Below, piece by piece: positions 35,649-45,317 of a DNA stretch of 64,000 bases. The notes beneath the pieces are model-generated. The model was not told the DNA's origin. It did not search any database and saw nothing but the letters and a program-made list of their open reading frames with translations. The translations under genes and the position numbers were made by a program. The stretch lies in the IMG/VR virus record IMGVR_UViG_3300017700_000931, positions 64,001 to 128,000 of that record, one strand, 5' to 3'. How positions within the stretch are numbered: the stretch's first letter is position 1; the number at the start of each line of letters is the position of its first letter. This stretch comes from a virus (lineage: Duplodnaviria > Caudoviricetes).

Positions 35649-36460
35649 GGGTTTGTGTGTTCTTCTAATCCATTATCTAAATCATCAAGAGATTTTATTT
35701 TAAATTGATAAAAACCATATCTGGTCGGTACATCAAATTCTTCAAATGTTTTAGAACTGACATCCCAAACTAAGAATCCATGTTTACTTACTGTTTCACC
35801 AAAACTTTGTTGAATCAAAGAAGAAGGGTATGCAATATTAATTCCATGGTGATTAAATGATTGCCTTTTATGGATATCACCTAATAAAACCATATCACAA
35901 CCTTCAAAATGTTCTAATGATGTATGATGTTCATCAAATTCATAGCCAATATCTGTAGTGGCTCCAACTAACGGAGCATGATATAATCCCACATACGTTT
36001 TTTCCTCACCAGAATTATTTCTAGCTGATTCGATATCCGGCCTTTTATTTTCTTCAAAGATAGAATAATTAGCCCAAATAATGTTGTTATCTTCATAACA
36101 AAGGCTTTCTTTAAAAAATGAAATATTAGGATTATCTAATAGTTGAATTAATGGACTAATTGAATCCATCCTATCCTTATTATTTTCTAATAAATCATGA
36201 TTTCCAGCGACAATTACAACCGGACATATTTTTGACAACTCAGACAAAAACCAACAACATAACATTAATTGTTCATTAGATATTGTTATTTTTTGATGCA
36301 CTAAGTCACCAACGATAACTATTCTAAGTTCATTATACTCAAATCCTTCAGCTAATGATTTTGACTTATCAATGAATGTTTGAAAAATTTCTTTATATTC
36401 TTCATGCATTCTAAATGTTCTAATGTGGATGTCAGCAATATGAATAATTTTTTTAACCAT
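35645..36460 (-). CDS. SbcD/Mre11/gp47-like metallophosphoesterase nuclease
   Basis: HIADIH, GDLVH, AGNHD, YHAP, LGDIH motifs; adjacent to the SbcC-like gene. Confidence 0.92.
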   Translation of the reverse strand: MVKKIIHIADIHIRTFRMHEEYKEIFQTFIDKSKSLAEGFEYNELRIVIVGDLVHQKITISNEQLMLCCWFLSELSKICPVVIVAGNHDLLENNKDRMDSISPLIQLLDNPNISFFKESLCYEDNNIIWANYSIFEENKRPDIESARNNSGEEKTYVGLYHAPLVGATTDIGYEFDEHHTSLEHFEGCDMVLLGDIHKRQSFNHHGINIAYPSSLIQQSFGETVSKHGFLVWDVSSKTFEEFDVPTRYGFYQFKIKSLDDLDNGLEEHTNP

Positions 36461-37397
36461 TGATAATTTCTTTTAATTTTTTGATTCGATTTTCCTCTCG
36501 AAGAGCATGATTCTTCTTATAGGAAAAAACCTCATTTATTCTTGGTAAAGGTGGTGAATTCAATACTGTGTTAATGAATGCATTTTCAACTCGATATTCA
36601 ACATATCTACCATCTCTCAATAAGTGAACAATTATACAACCTAAAAATTTAATATTAGCGTACTTGGTACCTTTTAACATGTCTAATATTAATCTACCAT
36701 ACAATGGTAATTGTATTTTGTAATGACTTAGTGCTGTATCTACAAATGCTTCAAATGGTGGTAACATTTGGGTGGTCCAATCTTGGATTTCAAAATTCTT
36801 TGGTTTATTTGTTTTCCAGTCAGTGATAATAAAACCTAGTTGACCATCTTTATCCATTATTAACCAAACCTTATCCGGTTGTCCAGTATAACCCAACTCA
36901 ATACTACCTAATACCATTTCCGTATCTAAGAGAACTGCTCCACGCCTATGCATTAATTGTATAAATTTATGCCCAGCATCTATCATTTGATTACCGATGA
37001 AAATCTGTTCTTCGTTACATTCAAATATGGGTTTTCTGACTTTTTTGTCAGATTTGTAGATTTTTAATAAATCAGTTTCTAATAAAAAGTGAACTCTTGA
37101 CCCAGTACTATTAGCATAATTTGCAGCCTCTCTCCATTCTTTTAATAAAGAATCTTGCTCTACCAAATTACCATTACACATTTCTAGTGATTTAGTTAAA
37201 TCATCAAATGGTGTGTAATATTGAGTAATCACTGTAGAAACCGATGGTAAATTGCTTACGATTTTACCATCTTTATTTTTTATAAAATAAGTGTGAGTTT
37301 CTTCAACAAACGACAAAGACATTTCTCGTTGTTTATCAGCTATTATACCCCTAATTTCTTCAGCTATTAACAATAATTCTTTATTATTCACTGGCAT
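36453..37397 (-). CDS. PD-(D/E)XK RecB-family exonuclease
   Basis: TGQPD, ITDWKT, HYKIQLPLY. Confidence 0.85.
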   Translation of the reverse strand: MPVNNKELLLIAEEIRGIIADKQREMSLSFVEETHTYFIKNKDGKIVSNLPSVSTVITQYYTPFDDLTKSLEMCNGNLVEQDSLLKEWREAANYANSTGSRVHFLLETDLLKIYKSDKKVRKPIFECNEEQIFIGNQMIDAGHKFIQLMHRRGAVLLDTEMVLGSIELGYTGQPDKVWLIMDKDGQLGFIITDWKTNKPKNFEIQDWTTQMLPPFEAFVDTALSHYKIQLPLYGRLILDMLKGTKYANIKFLGCIIVHLLRDGRYVEYRVENAFINTVLNSPPLPRINEVFSYKKNHALREENRIKKLKEIING

Positions 37398-38071
37398 TAT
37401 TGCTTACCCTCTTTATCCTTCTTTTCACGTAATATTTTTCTAATTCTTTCCTTTTCTTTTTCAAAATCCTCTTTGAATTTTCTGTTCTTAGCTTCAAGAA
37501 TGTATTTTTTACTCAATTCTTCTTTGTCCATTTTACCAAAATTATTTTGTGGATTAATTAAGGGTTGTTCAACCCTACCTATCATATCCATTATTCGTCT
37601 TGTAGCAAGACTATCGTTTCTTTGAAACCTTCGTGATTCAATACTCGGTATTTGTCTAGCACTATGGTCTAATTCACCCATATTTAAATAAGATTCCCCT
37701 ATAAAAGATTCTCCTCTGGCGGGTATAAAAATGTCCCTACGATTTGAAATAGGAGGAGTAATCGTGGTATTCGTCTTAATGGTGAATGTTTTCACTTGAT
37801 AATCAGCTAGATTTAATAATTCAATACACTTATGTTTGTGTAAAGCTAATTTATTAAATTGTCTTTTTTTAAAAAAAGACAATTTAATAAGCCTACCATC
37901 AACAACAAGCTTTAATTTCCTAAAACCCAAAAAGGTGTGGTGATAATCCTTGATTACAAAATTTAACCCCCTATCTGGGCTACTATAACTTAATTTACAG
38001 TCAAGTTGATTAACTGACCATCCAGTCAAACTAATATCCTTTAATTTGTCAATTATATTATCAATAACCAT
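37397..38071 (-). CDS. Hypothetical protein
   Basis: 224-aa ORF behind promoter 38085. Confidence 0.65.
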   Translation of the reverse strand: MVIDNIIDKLKDISLTGWSVNQLDCKLSYSSPDRGLNFVIKDYHHTFLGFRKLKLVVDGRLIKLSFFKKRQFNKLALHKHKCIELLNLADYQVKTFTIKTNTTITPPISNRRDIFIPARGESFIGESYLNMGELDHSARQIPSIESRRFQRNDSLATRRIMDMIGRVEQPLINPQNNFGKMDKEELSKKYILEAKNRKFKEDFEKEKERIRKILREKKDKEGKQ

Positions 38072-38144
38072 AATACTTTTTTAACAAAAATACGGGTTTT
38101 TTGCCAGAGGCACAAGTATTTATTATAAAGAATTTAGATACAAA

Positions 38145-38573
38145 ATGAAGGAATTTATTGCAAAATTACTAAGAGAATCATTAATGGGCCCGGATTTTAG
38201 ATTTAACGATGGTAAGTTAAATAAAATTGGTCCAAATGTGATTTATATGAATGATGAACCAATTGTTGATTTCGGAATCGGAAAAATTGGTAACTTTACT
38301 GTTGGAGATAAGGAAATTGAAAATGGTCTTTATCTACAAGGTGGTTATAATGCAGCAAGTCAAGGTAGGGGTTATGGGGCCATGGGTCTTAAAGTAATTT
38401 TTACTAAATTACCTAAAATCGAAAATATTGTCGTACAATGTTATGATACAGCATGTCCATTTTGGTCTAAAATGGGTGGTGAAGAAATAGAAGCAAAGGA
38501 TATTGCTAATTCTGGTAAACCATTAAGAACATTAGTTATTAGAAGAGATAAATTCATCTCACATTACAACTAA
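38145..38573 (+). CDS. GNAT-like acetyltransferase with N-terminal LLRESL motif
   Basis: QGRGYG acetyl-CoA motif A and FWSKMG; TATTTAT motif at about 38117-38123. Confidence 0.65.
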   Translation: MKEFIAKLLRESLMGPDFRFNDGKLNKIGPNVIYMNDEPIVDFGIGKIGNFTVGDKEIENGLYLQGGYNAASQGRGYGAMGLKVIFTKLPKIENIVVQCYDTACPFWSKMGGEEIEAKDIANSGKPLRTLVIRRDKFISHYN

Positions 38574-39514
38574 AGCTGACTCTCAGGTATTATTTTAGAT
38601 TTGGATAGTGTTTTCAAATATGTTTTCCTACCAAATTTTTGATTAATCAGTGAAGGGTCATATTTTTTATTCAATTGAACAAGCCTAACCCGATTCCTTA
38701 GATTGCCCACATTTAATTTAAGATAAATTTCCTTAGCATCTTCATATGCATCACCATCTAAGACAATTACAATATCAGCATTCGCTTTGGTTTGTAACAT
38801 ATGGAATAAATAATCTGATACATATTTACCTAATAATGGAATTGAATTAGGCGTTACTAGGTGGTCAAAAGGACCTTCAATCAAGTATATTGTTGCATCC
38901 CAATTTATTAAACCTTCATTGAATATTATCAATTCCTTTTCAGCTTCCTCATTTAATATTTTAGGCTTAACCCATTTGTAGAATGCTCTACCAACAAAAA
39001 AATTCAATTCGTTATCTGAATCATATGATGGAATAATAATCCTATTTGCGTATTTACCATCAGTACAATACCCTATTTTTTTATCTTTGATAATATCGTC
39101 AGTGATTCCTCTGGAATGTACATATTTTATAGCGTCTAAAAATTTCTTACTATTTTGATTTGGCCCGGATAGAAGTTTAAAACCTTCTGGCAATTTCATG
39201 AAATGTGTTTCGCCTGATTCAGTCTTTTCTTTAAATTCAGGTTTTACGAGTATGAAGTCTTTTAGTATTTTAGCATTACCGTATCGTTTAATCAGATACG
39301 GCAATCGTCCCTTCATATTATTTCGTTCTCCACATGACCAACAATGGAACCAACCCTTTTCGTAATTTACTTCAAGATTACCTCTACCATTACCTTGTGG
39401 CATATCTTGTTCTTCTGAACAAGCCGGACAGTCAAATTGCATTTGACCACTACTTGGATTGTGACCCCTTGTTGTGCCTAAAAATGATTCTAATATTTCG
39501 ACAACCATCGACAT
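38570..39514 (-). CDS. DNA primase (Zn finger + TOPRIM)
   Basis: CPAC...FHCWSC, RIIIPSYD, IEGPFD, VLDGDA. Confidence 0.9.
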   Translation of the reverse strand: MSMVVEILESFLGTTRGHNPSSGQMQFDCPACSEEQDMPQGNGRGNLEVNYEKGWFHCWSCGERNNMKGRLPYLIKRYGNAKILKDFILVKPEFKEKTESGETHFMKLPEGFKLLSGPNQNSKKFLDAIKYVHSRGITDDIIKDKKIGYCTDGKYANRIIIPSYDSDNELNFFVGRAFYKWVKPKILNEEAEKELIIFNEGLINWDATIYLIEGPFDHLVTPNSIPLLGKYVSDYLFHMLQTKANADIVIVLDGDAYEDAKEIYLKLNVGNLRNRVRLVQLNKKYDPSLINQKFGRKTYLKTLSKSKIIPESQL

Positions 39515-39544
39515 AGTTGCAAAGATATGATTAATTTATGATTA

Positions 39545-40198
39545 TCACAAGACTTTCCAGAATCCCTCTCTGTTCATATGACCACGAACAGCAGCATAGG
39601 CATCAGTCATATCAAAATTCTCACTCATTAGTGTATTTTTTTTACTATATAACCAATTGATTTGTGGTTCTAAGTCACAAACCTTATCATAAACAATCAT
39701 TTTTTTATCGGTAGTTTCTAAATTATAAGCACCAAATAAAACTGGGTCCTTACCTGATAATACTTTCGCTGAATAAGCTTTACCTGACTTATCGTGAGTT
39801 CTTACAGCCATTAATTCTGGGAAACCATACTTTCTAGCATCATATGAAGAAATAAATTCTGGTACAATACCTAATGTATCATAAACCGACCTTGATATCA
39901 TTCCATTAAATCGTAAAAGGGTTGCAACGGTATTAACGTTGTTCGAACGTAATAATGGTTCCTCGATAACTACTTTTGTAATACCTATATCAGCATACTT
40001 ATTCAAAAATTCTTCTTCGAAAATTCTAGCTTTCTCAAACAATTGTTGCATTTTATTATCTGGATTCGGTTTAACCTTTGGGGTAACGTGGTGTAGCAAT
40101 TTTAATGCACCTTTGGTGCCTAAATCTTCAAATAGTGCGATACCAATAGTTTTGGTGGATACGTCTAAACCTAAAATGTAATTTGTTTCTTGAGCCAT
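39545..40198 (-). CDS. RuvC-like Holliday junction resolvase
   Basis: ILGLDVSTKTIGIA, VVIEE, DMTDAYA catalytic triad pattern. Confidence 0.8.
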   Translation of the reverse strand: MAQETNYILGLDVSTKTIGIALFEDLGTKGALKLLHHVTPKVKPNPDNKMQQLFEKARIFEEEFLNKYADIGITKVVIEEPLLRSNNVNTVATLLRFNGMISRSVYDTLGIVPEFISSYDARKYGFPELMAVRTHDKSGKAYSAKVLSGKDPVLFGAYNLETTDKKMIVYDKVCDLEPQINWLYSKKNTLMSENFDMTDAYAAVRGHMNREGFWKVL

Positions 40199-40246
40199 AA
40201 AAATTTATTTCTCAAAAGATAAGCATGTATTTAACAAAATAAAGTA

Positions 40247-41449
40247 TTATACAGTAATTTTGATACCTAATGCCATAAATTGTTGTGCCGTTTTTAAAAT
40301 GTGTCTATCAGTCTTAGCCACAGCGATAATATTTTTACTAGAATCTAATAACAAAACTTCACTGATTCTAACGGTGTCACCTTTACTGTAAGTAGTGTTA
40401 TTGGATGTTGCGAATTCGCCTCTATCCAGTAAACATGTTACTTCTTGTACAACCTGTGTAGATACACTATCAAATGCTACTGTCGTTCCGGTGTCACCAG
40501 ATACAGACATTGCATTAACAATGGTTGGGTGAGTGACCACGATAAAACCTTTATCTAGAAAAGCAACCCCAACAACTTCATCTGCAACCGTTGAAGTTAT
40601 TGTATCATTTTTCATGTTAAATAATGATTTATTACTTACACTATATGGTTTTGTTGCGAAGTGTCCGGTCGCCCAACTTTTAGTTGCATCAGCATTTGGT
40701 TTTTGTATTGTATCGGAAAATAAAAATACTATGTTAGAACCAAAAATTGCTGAGTTAAATGAAGTTTCTTTGAAATTTGCATCTTGTTTCTTAGTAGTTG
40801 TTAACGTCTTTTCGTATGTACCATATAAAGTATAAGTTGTTGCACCAGTATCAGTCACTTCAACTTTAAGTGTTTTACCATCTAATAATTCACCATATTG
40901 AGAATTATCTATTCCAATAACAAATATTTTATCAGTGGCAATACCACTTAATGCGGTATCAGCATATCCACCACGACTAGCTGTCGTTGCGGTAAATAAT
41001 GCTTCATCAGCAGCATTTATCGGTAATCTGAACGAATAAAATAAATTAACTAATGAATCAGTTTCATAATCATTTTTATCAATAACGTTTTGAGTTAATG
41101 TTGTGGCACTAACAGTTTTTTGACCCAACAACGATGTTGAGTTGATAATATTGCTGGAACCTTCCTTAACCAATTTAGCTGTTTGACCTAAAGAATTATA
41201 ATAAACCAAAGACCTTGGTGAATAACCAATCGCAACACTATTACTAGTATTGTTATTTAAACCCAAATTACCTGCTGAGCTAATTACTTCACCTGTTTCA
41301 AGTGGTAATGCGGCATTATAATTTGCGTCACTGTCACTAACAGAAAAATGAGTTATAATACTAGAACTTTTACCTAGTAATTGTTGTCTACCAAAAGCTG
41401 TTAATTTAGCTGTTAAAGATATAGTCGATGCTGTGCTATTAAATCCCAT
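40247..41449 (-). CDS. Virion structural (baseplate/tail) protein
   Basis: N-terminal LTAFGRQQL..FSVSDSD and C-terminal ISEVLLLD..NIIAVAK, shared with the next gene. Confidence 0.7.
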   Translation of the reverse strand: MGFNSTASTISLTAKLTAFGRQQLLGKSSSIITHFSVSDSDANYNAALPLETGEVISSAGNLGLNNNTSNSVAIGYSPRSLVYYNSLGQTAKLVKEGSSNIINSTSLLGQKTVSATTLTQNVIDKNDYETDSLVNLFYSFRLPINAADEALFTATTASRGGYADTALSGIATDKIFVIGIDNSQYGELLDGKTLKVEVTDTGATTYTLYGTYEKTLTTTKKQDANFKETSFNSAIFGSNIVFLFSDTIQKPNADATKSWATGHFATKPYSVSNKSLFNMKNDTITSTVADEVVGVAFLDKGFIVVTHPTIVNAMSVSGDTGTTVAFDSVSTQVVQEVTCLLDRGEFATSNNTTYSKGDTVRISEVLLLDSSKNIIAVAKTDRHILKTAQQFMALGIKITV

Positions 41450-41451
41450 GA

Positions 41452-43578
41452 TTAAAAATCCATACTTAATTCAATCATTACTGTATTACCCGCTTCTAAT
41501 TTAATAGGTTTGCTAAGTTTTCCAATAACAACCAAGTCGTTATCACTATCATAAATACCAACTTCACTAATCCTAATATCCGGTGGATTTGTTGTTATGT
41601 CAGTACTTCTAGTTTCGTTTGTTGTTGCAATGAATTGACCAGAATTAATTCTAATATCAAAAATCGTTTTAAATATTGTTGCACCAATATATGTTTCTAA
41701 ATTACCATAGAAAAATCTCTCATCACCAAATTGTAATACTTGTGGGTCTGCTAATGCAGCCATAGATAATGATTGAGTAATATCGTAAGTTGTGGTACCA
41801 GAATCTTTAATCATATCGATTACGAAACCATTTGTTACTGGGCTTTGATTTTCTAATTGTAAAGGATTGATAGTTTCACCAACTGAGGTTGTTAAACCAC
41901 TTGTTGTGTAATCATAAACCTTCCAAGCTGTTGGGTCTGGTCTATCGTCTTCATTTGCTACAATTTGATACAATACTTTAAGTTCATATGCATGGAATCC
42001 TCTTCCGTCATAACCCATCTTTTCGATTTTTCTCATGTATGGGAATAATCCAGTTCCTTCAATTCTAAATTGAACATCCTTAGCCACTGATGTTTGATTT
42101 GTAATCTTAGCATACTTTTGGCAAGCTAATGATGTTGTTAAACCAGTTCCGGTGCTATTTTCTAATGCATATGTTACATACATTGTTTCATTTTGTATCA
42201 ACAATCCTGTCGATGTACCACCACTAGGATTTGCTAGTGTAGCAGCCAATGGAGGTAATGTCCAATTTCGGTTTGATTTGTAAGATAATGCAGCAACAAT
42301 TTCTTCATCATCAATAACAACAACTTTCAATTGTGGGAAAACCTTTCCTACGACGATTGGTGTTGTTACCATGGTTGGGTCCTCAATCAAATCAATGTAT
42401 TCTAAATTTGATGTACCTATAAATTGTGTTTCACCACTAGCTATAAATGACATACCCATAATATCACCAGTTTCTGTTCCACCAGTAAATGCCCTTCTAT
42501 GGTACATTAAATCAGGTAAATGAAGCTTCAAGGTTTTATTATTTGCATTATCAATATGGAAAAATTCACCATAGAAATTCGATATCGAATTATTTGTGTA
42601 ATGAATAATAGCTATTGATTTGTTAGCACCGTCTAACTCACTAAGTCCGGCACATCTTAAAGATGTGTCTGGGTCAGCTAAAGTAGCACATGGGTATTCA
42701 AAGAATGGATTTTTTTGTCCTAAATATGGATATGAACCAAAATACTCATGACCTTCGTAGGTTGTTGCAGTTATACCAGCAAGTGTTTCACACCACACAT
42801 TATTCATGTTCCAGACTGGAACATCACCACATGAAATATCACAAGCACTATCAAATGATAATGTTCCTGAATCCCAATAAGATGTTGTACATCCTGAACC
42901 AATTGTATTATAGACTTCACCACCAGTGTAAATTATGTATTGAATAGATGTACCACCAGTACCACCTAAATTAGGTAATTCTCTATCTACAGTAATTGTT
43001 GCTGCTGATGTTGCTTGAACCTTATACCATAAATGTGGTACTGGTTCTATATTTGAATTGTTAGCTATCGCACCAAGTGTGCTATTCGACATTTTAATAA
43101 GGATTAAATCACCAACACTTCTTGTTGCTCCGGTACCGATAACTAATGTGGTTCCACCACTAATAGTTGCATCAGTAATAAATCCAGTATAAATTGTGTA
43201 TGGACTACCAGTATATGTTGTAAAACCACTTATTGAATCACCACTAAAAAATCCTCTTTCAGTTGCTTCGTTATTAACCACTACTTTAAGTGTTTTAATG
43301 TTAGATGCAGTCATAACTTGAAGTGGATTGGTTCCACCAGTAGTTATCCATGATTTTATATCCGGTTGTCTATCTTTTGGTCTTAATATTTTAGTTTGTG
43401 CTGACAAAGTGATATCAGTTGGGTTAGCATCCAATATAATTTCTCTATCGTAATTAATTTCAGAATCGCCGATTGCCCAAAAAGAAAAATTAAGTGTTCC
43501 TTTTGCTAGTTTTTGTCTACCAAGTTCGGTTAATTTTGAATTGATGTACGCATCTGTATTGTTAATAATGTAACTCAT
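41452..43578 (-). CDS. Virion structural (baseplate/tail) protein
   Basis: LTELGRQKLAKG..WAIGDSEI and RISEVGIYD..LVVIGKL; Thr/Gly-rich; two TATTTAT motifs upstream. Confidence 0.72.
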   Translation of the reverse strand: MSYIINNTDAYINSKLTELGRQKLAKGTLNFSFWAIGDSEINYDREIILDANPTDITLSAQTKILRPKDRQPDIKSWITTGGTNPLQVMTASNIKTLKVVVNNEATERGFFSGDSISGFTTYTGSPYTIYTGFITDATISGGTTLVIGTGATRSVGDLILIKMSNSTLGAIANNSNIEPVPHLWYKVQATSAATITVDRELPNLGGTGGTSIQYIIYTGGEVYNTIGSGCTTSYWDSGTLSFDSACDISCGDVPVWNMNNVWCETLAGITATTYEGHEYFGSYPYLGQKNPFFEYPCATLADPDTSLRCAGLSELDGANKSIAIIHYTNNSISNFYGEFFHIDNANNKTLKLHLPDLMYHRRAFTGGTETGDIMGMSFIASGETQFIGTSNLEYIDLIEDPTMVTTPIVVGKVFPQLKVVVIDDEEIVAALSYKSNRNWTLPPLAATLANPSGGTSTGLLIQNETMYVTYALENSTGTGLTTSLACQKYAKITNQTSVAKDVQFRIEGTGLFPYMRKIEKMGYDGRGFHAYELKVLYQIVANEDDRPDPTAWKVYDYTTSGLTTSVGETINPLQLENQSPVTNGFVIDMIKDSGTTTYDITQSLSMAALADPQVLQFGDERFFYGNLETYIGATIFKTIFDIRINSGQFIATTNETRSTDITTNPPDIRISEVGIYDSDNDLVVIGKLSKPIKLEAGNTVMIELSMDF

Positions 43579-43636
43579 ATCTTATAAATATCTTTTATCC
43601 CTTATGTTAATTATAAATACTCCTAAGTCAATAAAA

Positions 43637-45067
43637 TTAATAGGAATTTATGGCATTTGACATAATTGTTATTGGAACTACCTCACTATAGGCTGTTGTT
43701 GTTATAACATCACCATTTACTGTAACATAATTCTTTTCATTAATGACCCTATAAACCAAATTTGTGCCTACGGCTCCGGTTAATACGACTTCAGATGAAT
43801 ATGATACCTCATTTGCAACATATTCTGTTGTAGCTGTGGCCACAATACTCACAAACGAGTCATTTGTCGCAACCTCAACAGTGAATTCACCATTATTTAA
43901 CTCTGGAGCATCAATAGTCCAATAAATTCTAGGGTTATTTGTATATATTTCACCAACATAATTAGGGTAAGCATTATAGATGATGTTAATAACATCATCA
44001 TTTAACAAATCACCCTCAAGTATCACCCTATTTGGGTTGGTTATCGACTGATAATAATCTATATTGGGTGCTAATGTGATACCGTTGAGTGTAACAATAA
44101 TATTATTACCTGATATTGGGGTTAGAATTGTGTAAATCTCGTATTTATTTTGTGTTGTATTATAATAATATAAATTGTTACCTTCACCATCAGTTGCACC
44201 ACTAACTAGTGGTGTTCTGATTAATAAATTATCAACAACTACACCATTCGACTCAGAATTAGCTACAGACACATATGTTAATACATCACCGGATATCGTT
44301 GCTGCACTCAATGTTACGATATCATTTGAATAGGTATAATCTAGATTTTCTGCTAACATCAATCCATTCAAATAAATAAGTAAATCACCTTCTACGTTAG
44401 TTGTTATTGGGAATACTGTTTCACCGCTTATTGGTAAAATAGAAAATGCCACTAATGAACCTAATGGTCTAGTACTCGCAACTGAGCTATGAGCGAATTG
44501 TGGTTTTTTTGCTTTTTCACAAACCACAAAATAGTAATCACTTGACGAATTATATAGGCCATATTGTGAACCATTTTTAAATAATGAAGTATCATTTCTC
44601 AAGCCAAGTCTACCAAGTATATCAGTACAAACTTCATGAGTATAATAACCCTTAATTAAATAATCCCCATCGATTCTTAATGTGTTAAGTGGTATAGTAA
44701 TGGTTATTGCTGATGTTGCACTAAAAGCACTAAAAGAAATATCCTCTGATTTATATATTGCTGGTTGTTCAAACACCAAATTCGTATGATGGTATTTGTA
44801 TATTTCATATTTAAAATCAACTTCAGTATTAAATGAAGAAACATTACCAGTGAATGAAAAACCTAATGTTAAATCACCAGAATCAGAATCAACTAAGTAC
44901 ACTCCTGTTGTTGCAGAAGTTGTACCACTCATGATTTTTGTTGTTCCAGTAACATCAAATGTTGGTGCATAAAAAATACATACATCAGAACTCAGATTAA
45001 CATTTAGTAAATCACGATTTCTAACATGGTTGCCATTTTGATTATATATGTTTTGTTGATGCCTCAT
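43637..45067 (-). CDS. Virion structural protein with Ig/beta-rich domains
   Basis: Repeated YLNGL..L..N.DY modules typical of tail/baseplate proteins. Confidence 0.7.
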   Translation of the reverse strand: MRHQQNIYNQNGNHVRNRDLLNVNLSSDVCIFYAPTFDVTGTTKIMSGTTSATTGVYLVDSDSGDLTLGFSFTGNVSSFNTEVDFKYEIYKYHHTNLVFEQPAIYKSEDISFSAFSATSAITITIPLNTLRIDGDYLIKGYYTHEVCTDILGRLGLRNDTSLFKNGSQYGLYNSSSDYYFVVCEKAKKPQFAHSSVASTRPLGSLVAFSILPISGETVFPITTNVEGDLLIYLNGLMLAENLDYTYSNDIVTLSAATISGDVLTYVSVANSESNGVVVDNLLIRTPLVSGATDGEGNNLYYYNTTQNKYEIYTILTPISGNNIIVTLNGITLAPNIDYYQSITNPNRVILEGDLLNDDVINIIYNAYPNYVGEIYTNNPRIYWTIDAPELNNGEFTVEVATNDSFVSIVATATTEYVANEVSYSSEVVLTGAVGTNLVYRVINEKNYVTVNGDVITTTAYSEVVPITIMSNAINSY

Positions 45068-45306
45068 TAATATGATATTTCTAATTCAATAAATTCTTCT
45101 TTTTTATTTCTCAATAACCCAAATTGTCTAGGGGTTTCATAGACTTCAGTTTCACTAACATTCGTAAAATTTTGTAAGAATGCTTCAAATGAATATAATT
45201 TGATATAATCTTCCACACCAATTTCTCCACTAGTGGATAAAATTGTAACACTAGTGGAGAAATTATCTAGTACATTTGCTTGTATGTTTCTTATTAAGGC
45301 TGGCAT
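45067..45306 (-). CDS. Small late protein
   Basis: TATTTAT motif just upstream; coupled to the next gene. Confidence 0.6.
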   Translation of the reverse strand: MPALIRNIQANVLDNFSTSVTILSTSGEIGVEDYIKLYSFEAFLQNFTNVSETEVYETPRQFGLLRNKKEEFIELEISY

Positions 45307-45317
45307 ATCAATAAATA

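Noticed and set aside
36453-37397. Cas4/CRISPR locus
   Set aside because: There is no Fe-S cysteine set, no other cas genes, and no repeat-spacer array was seen in the window.
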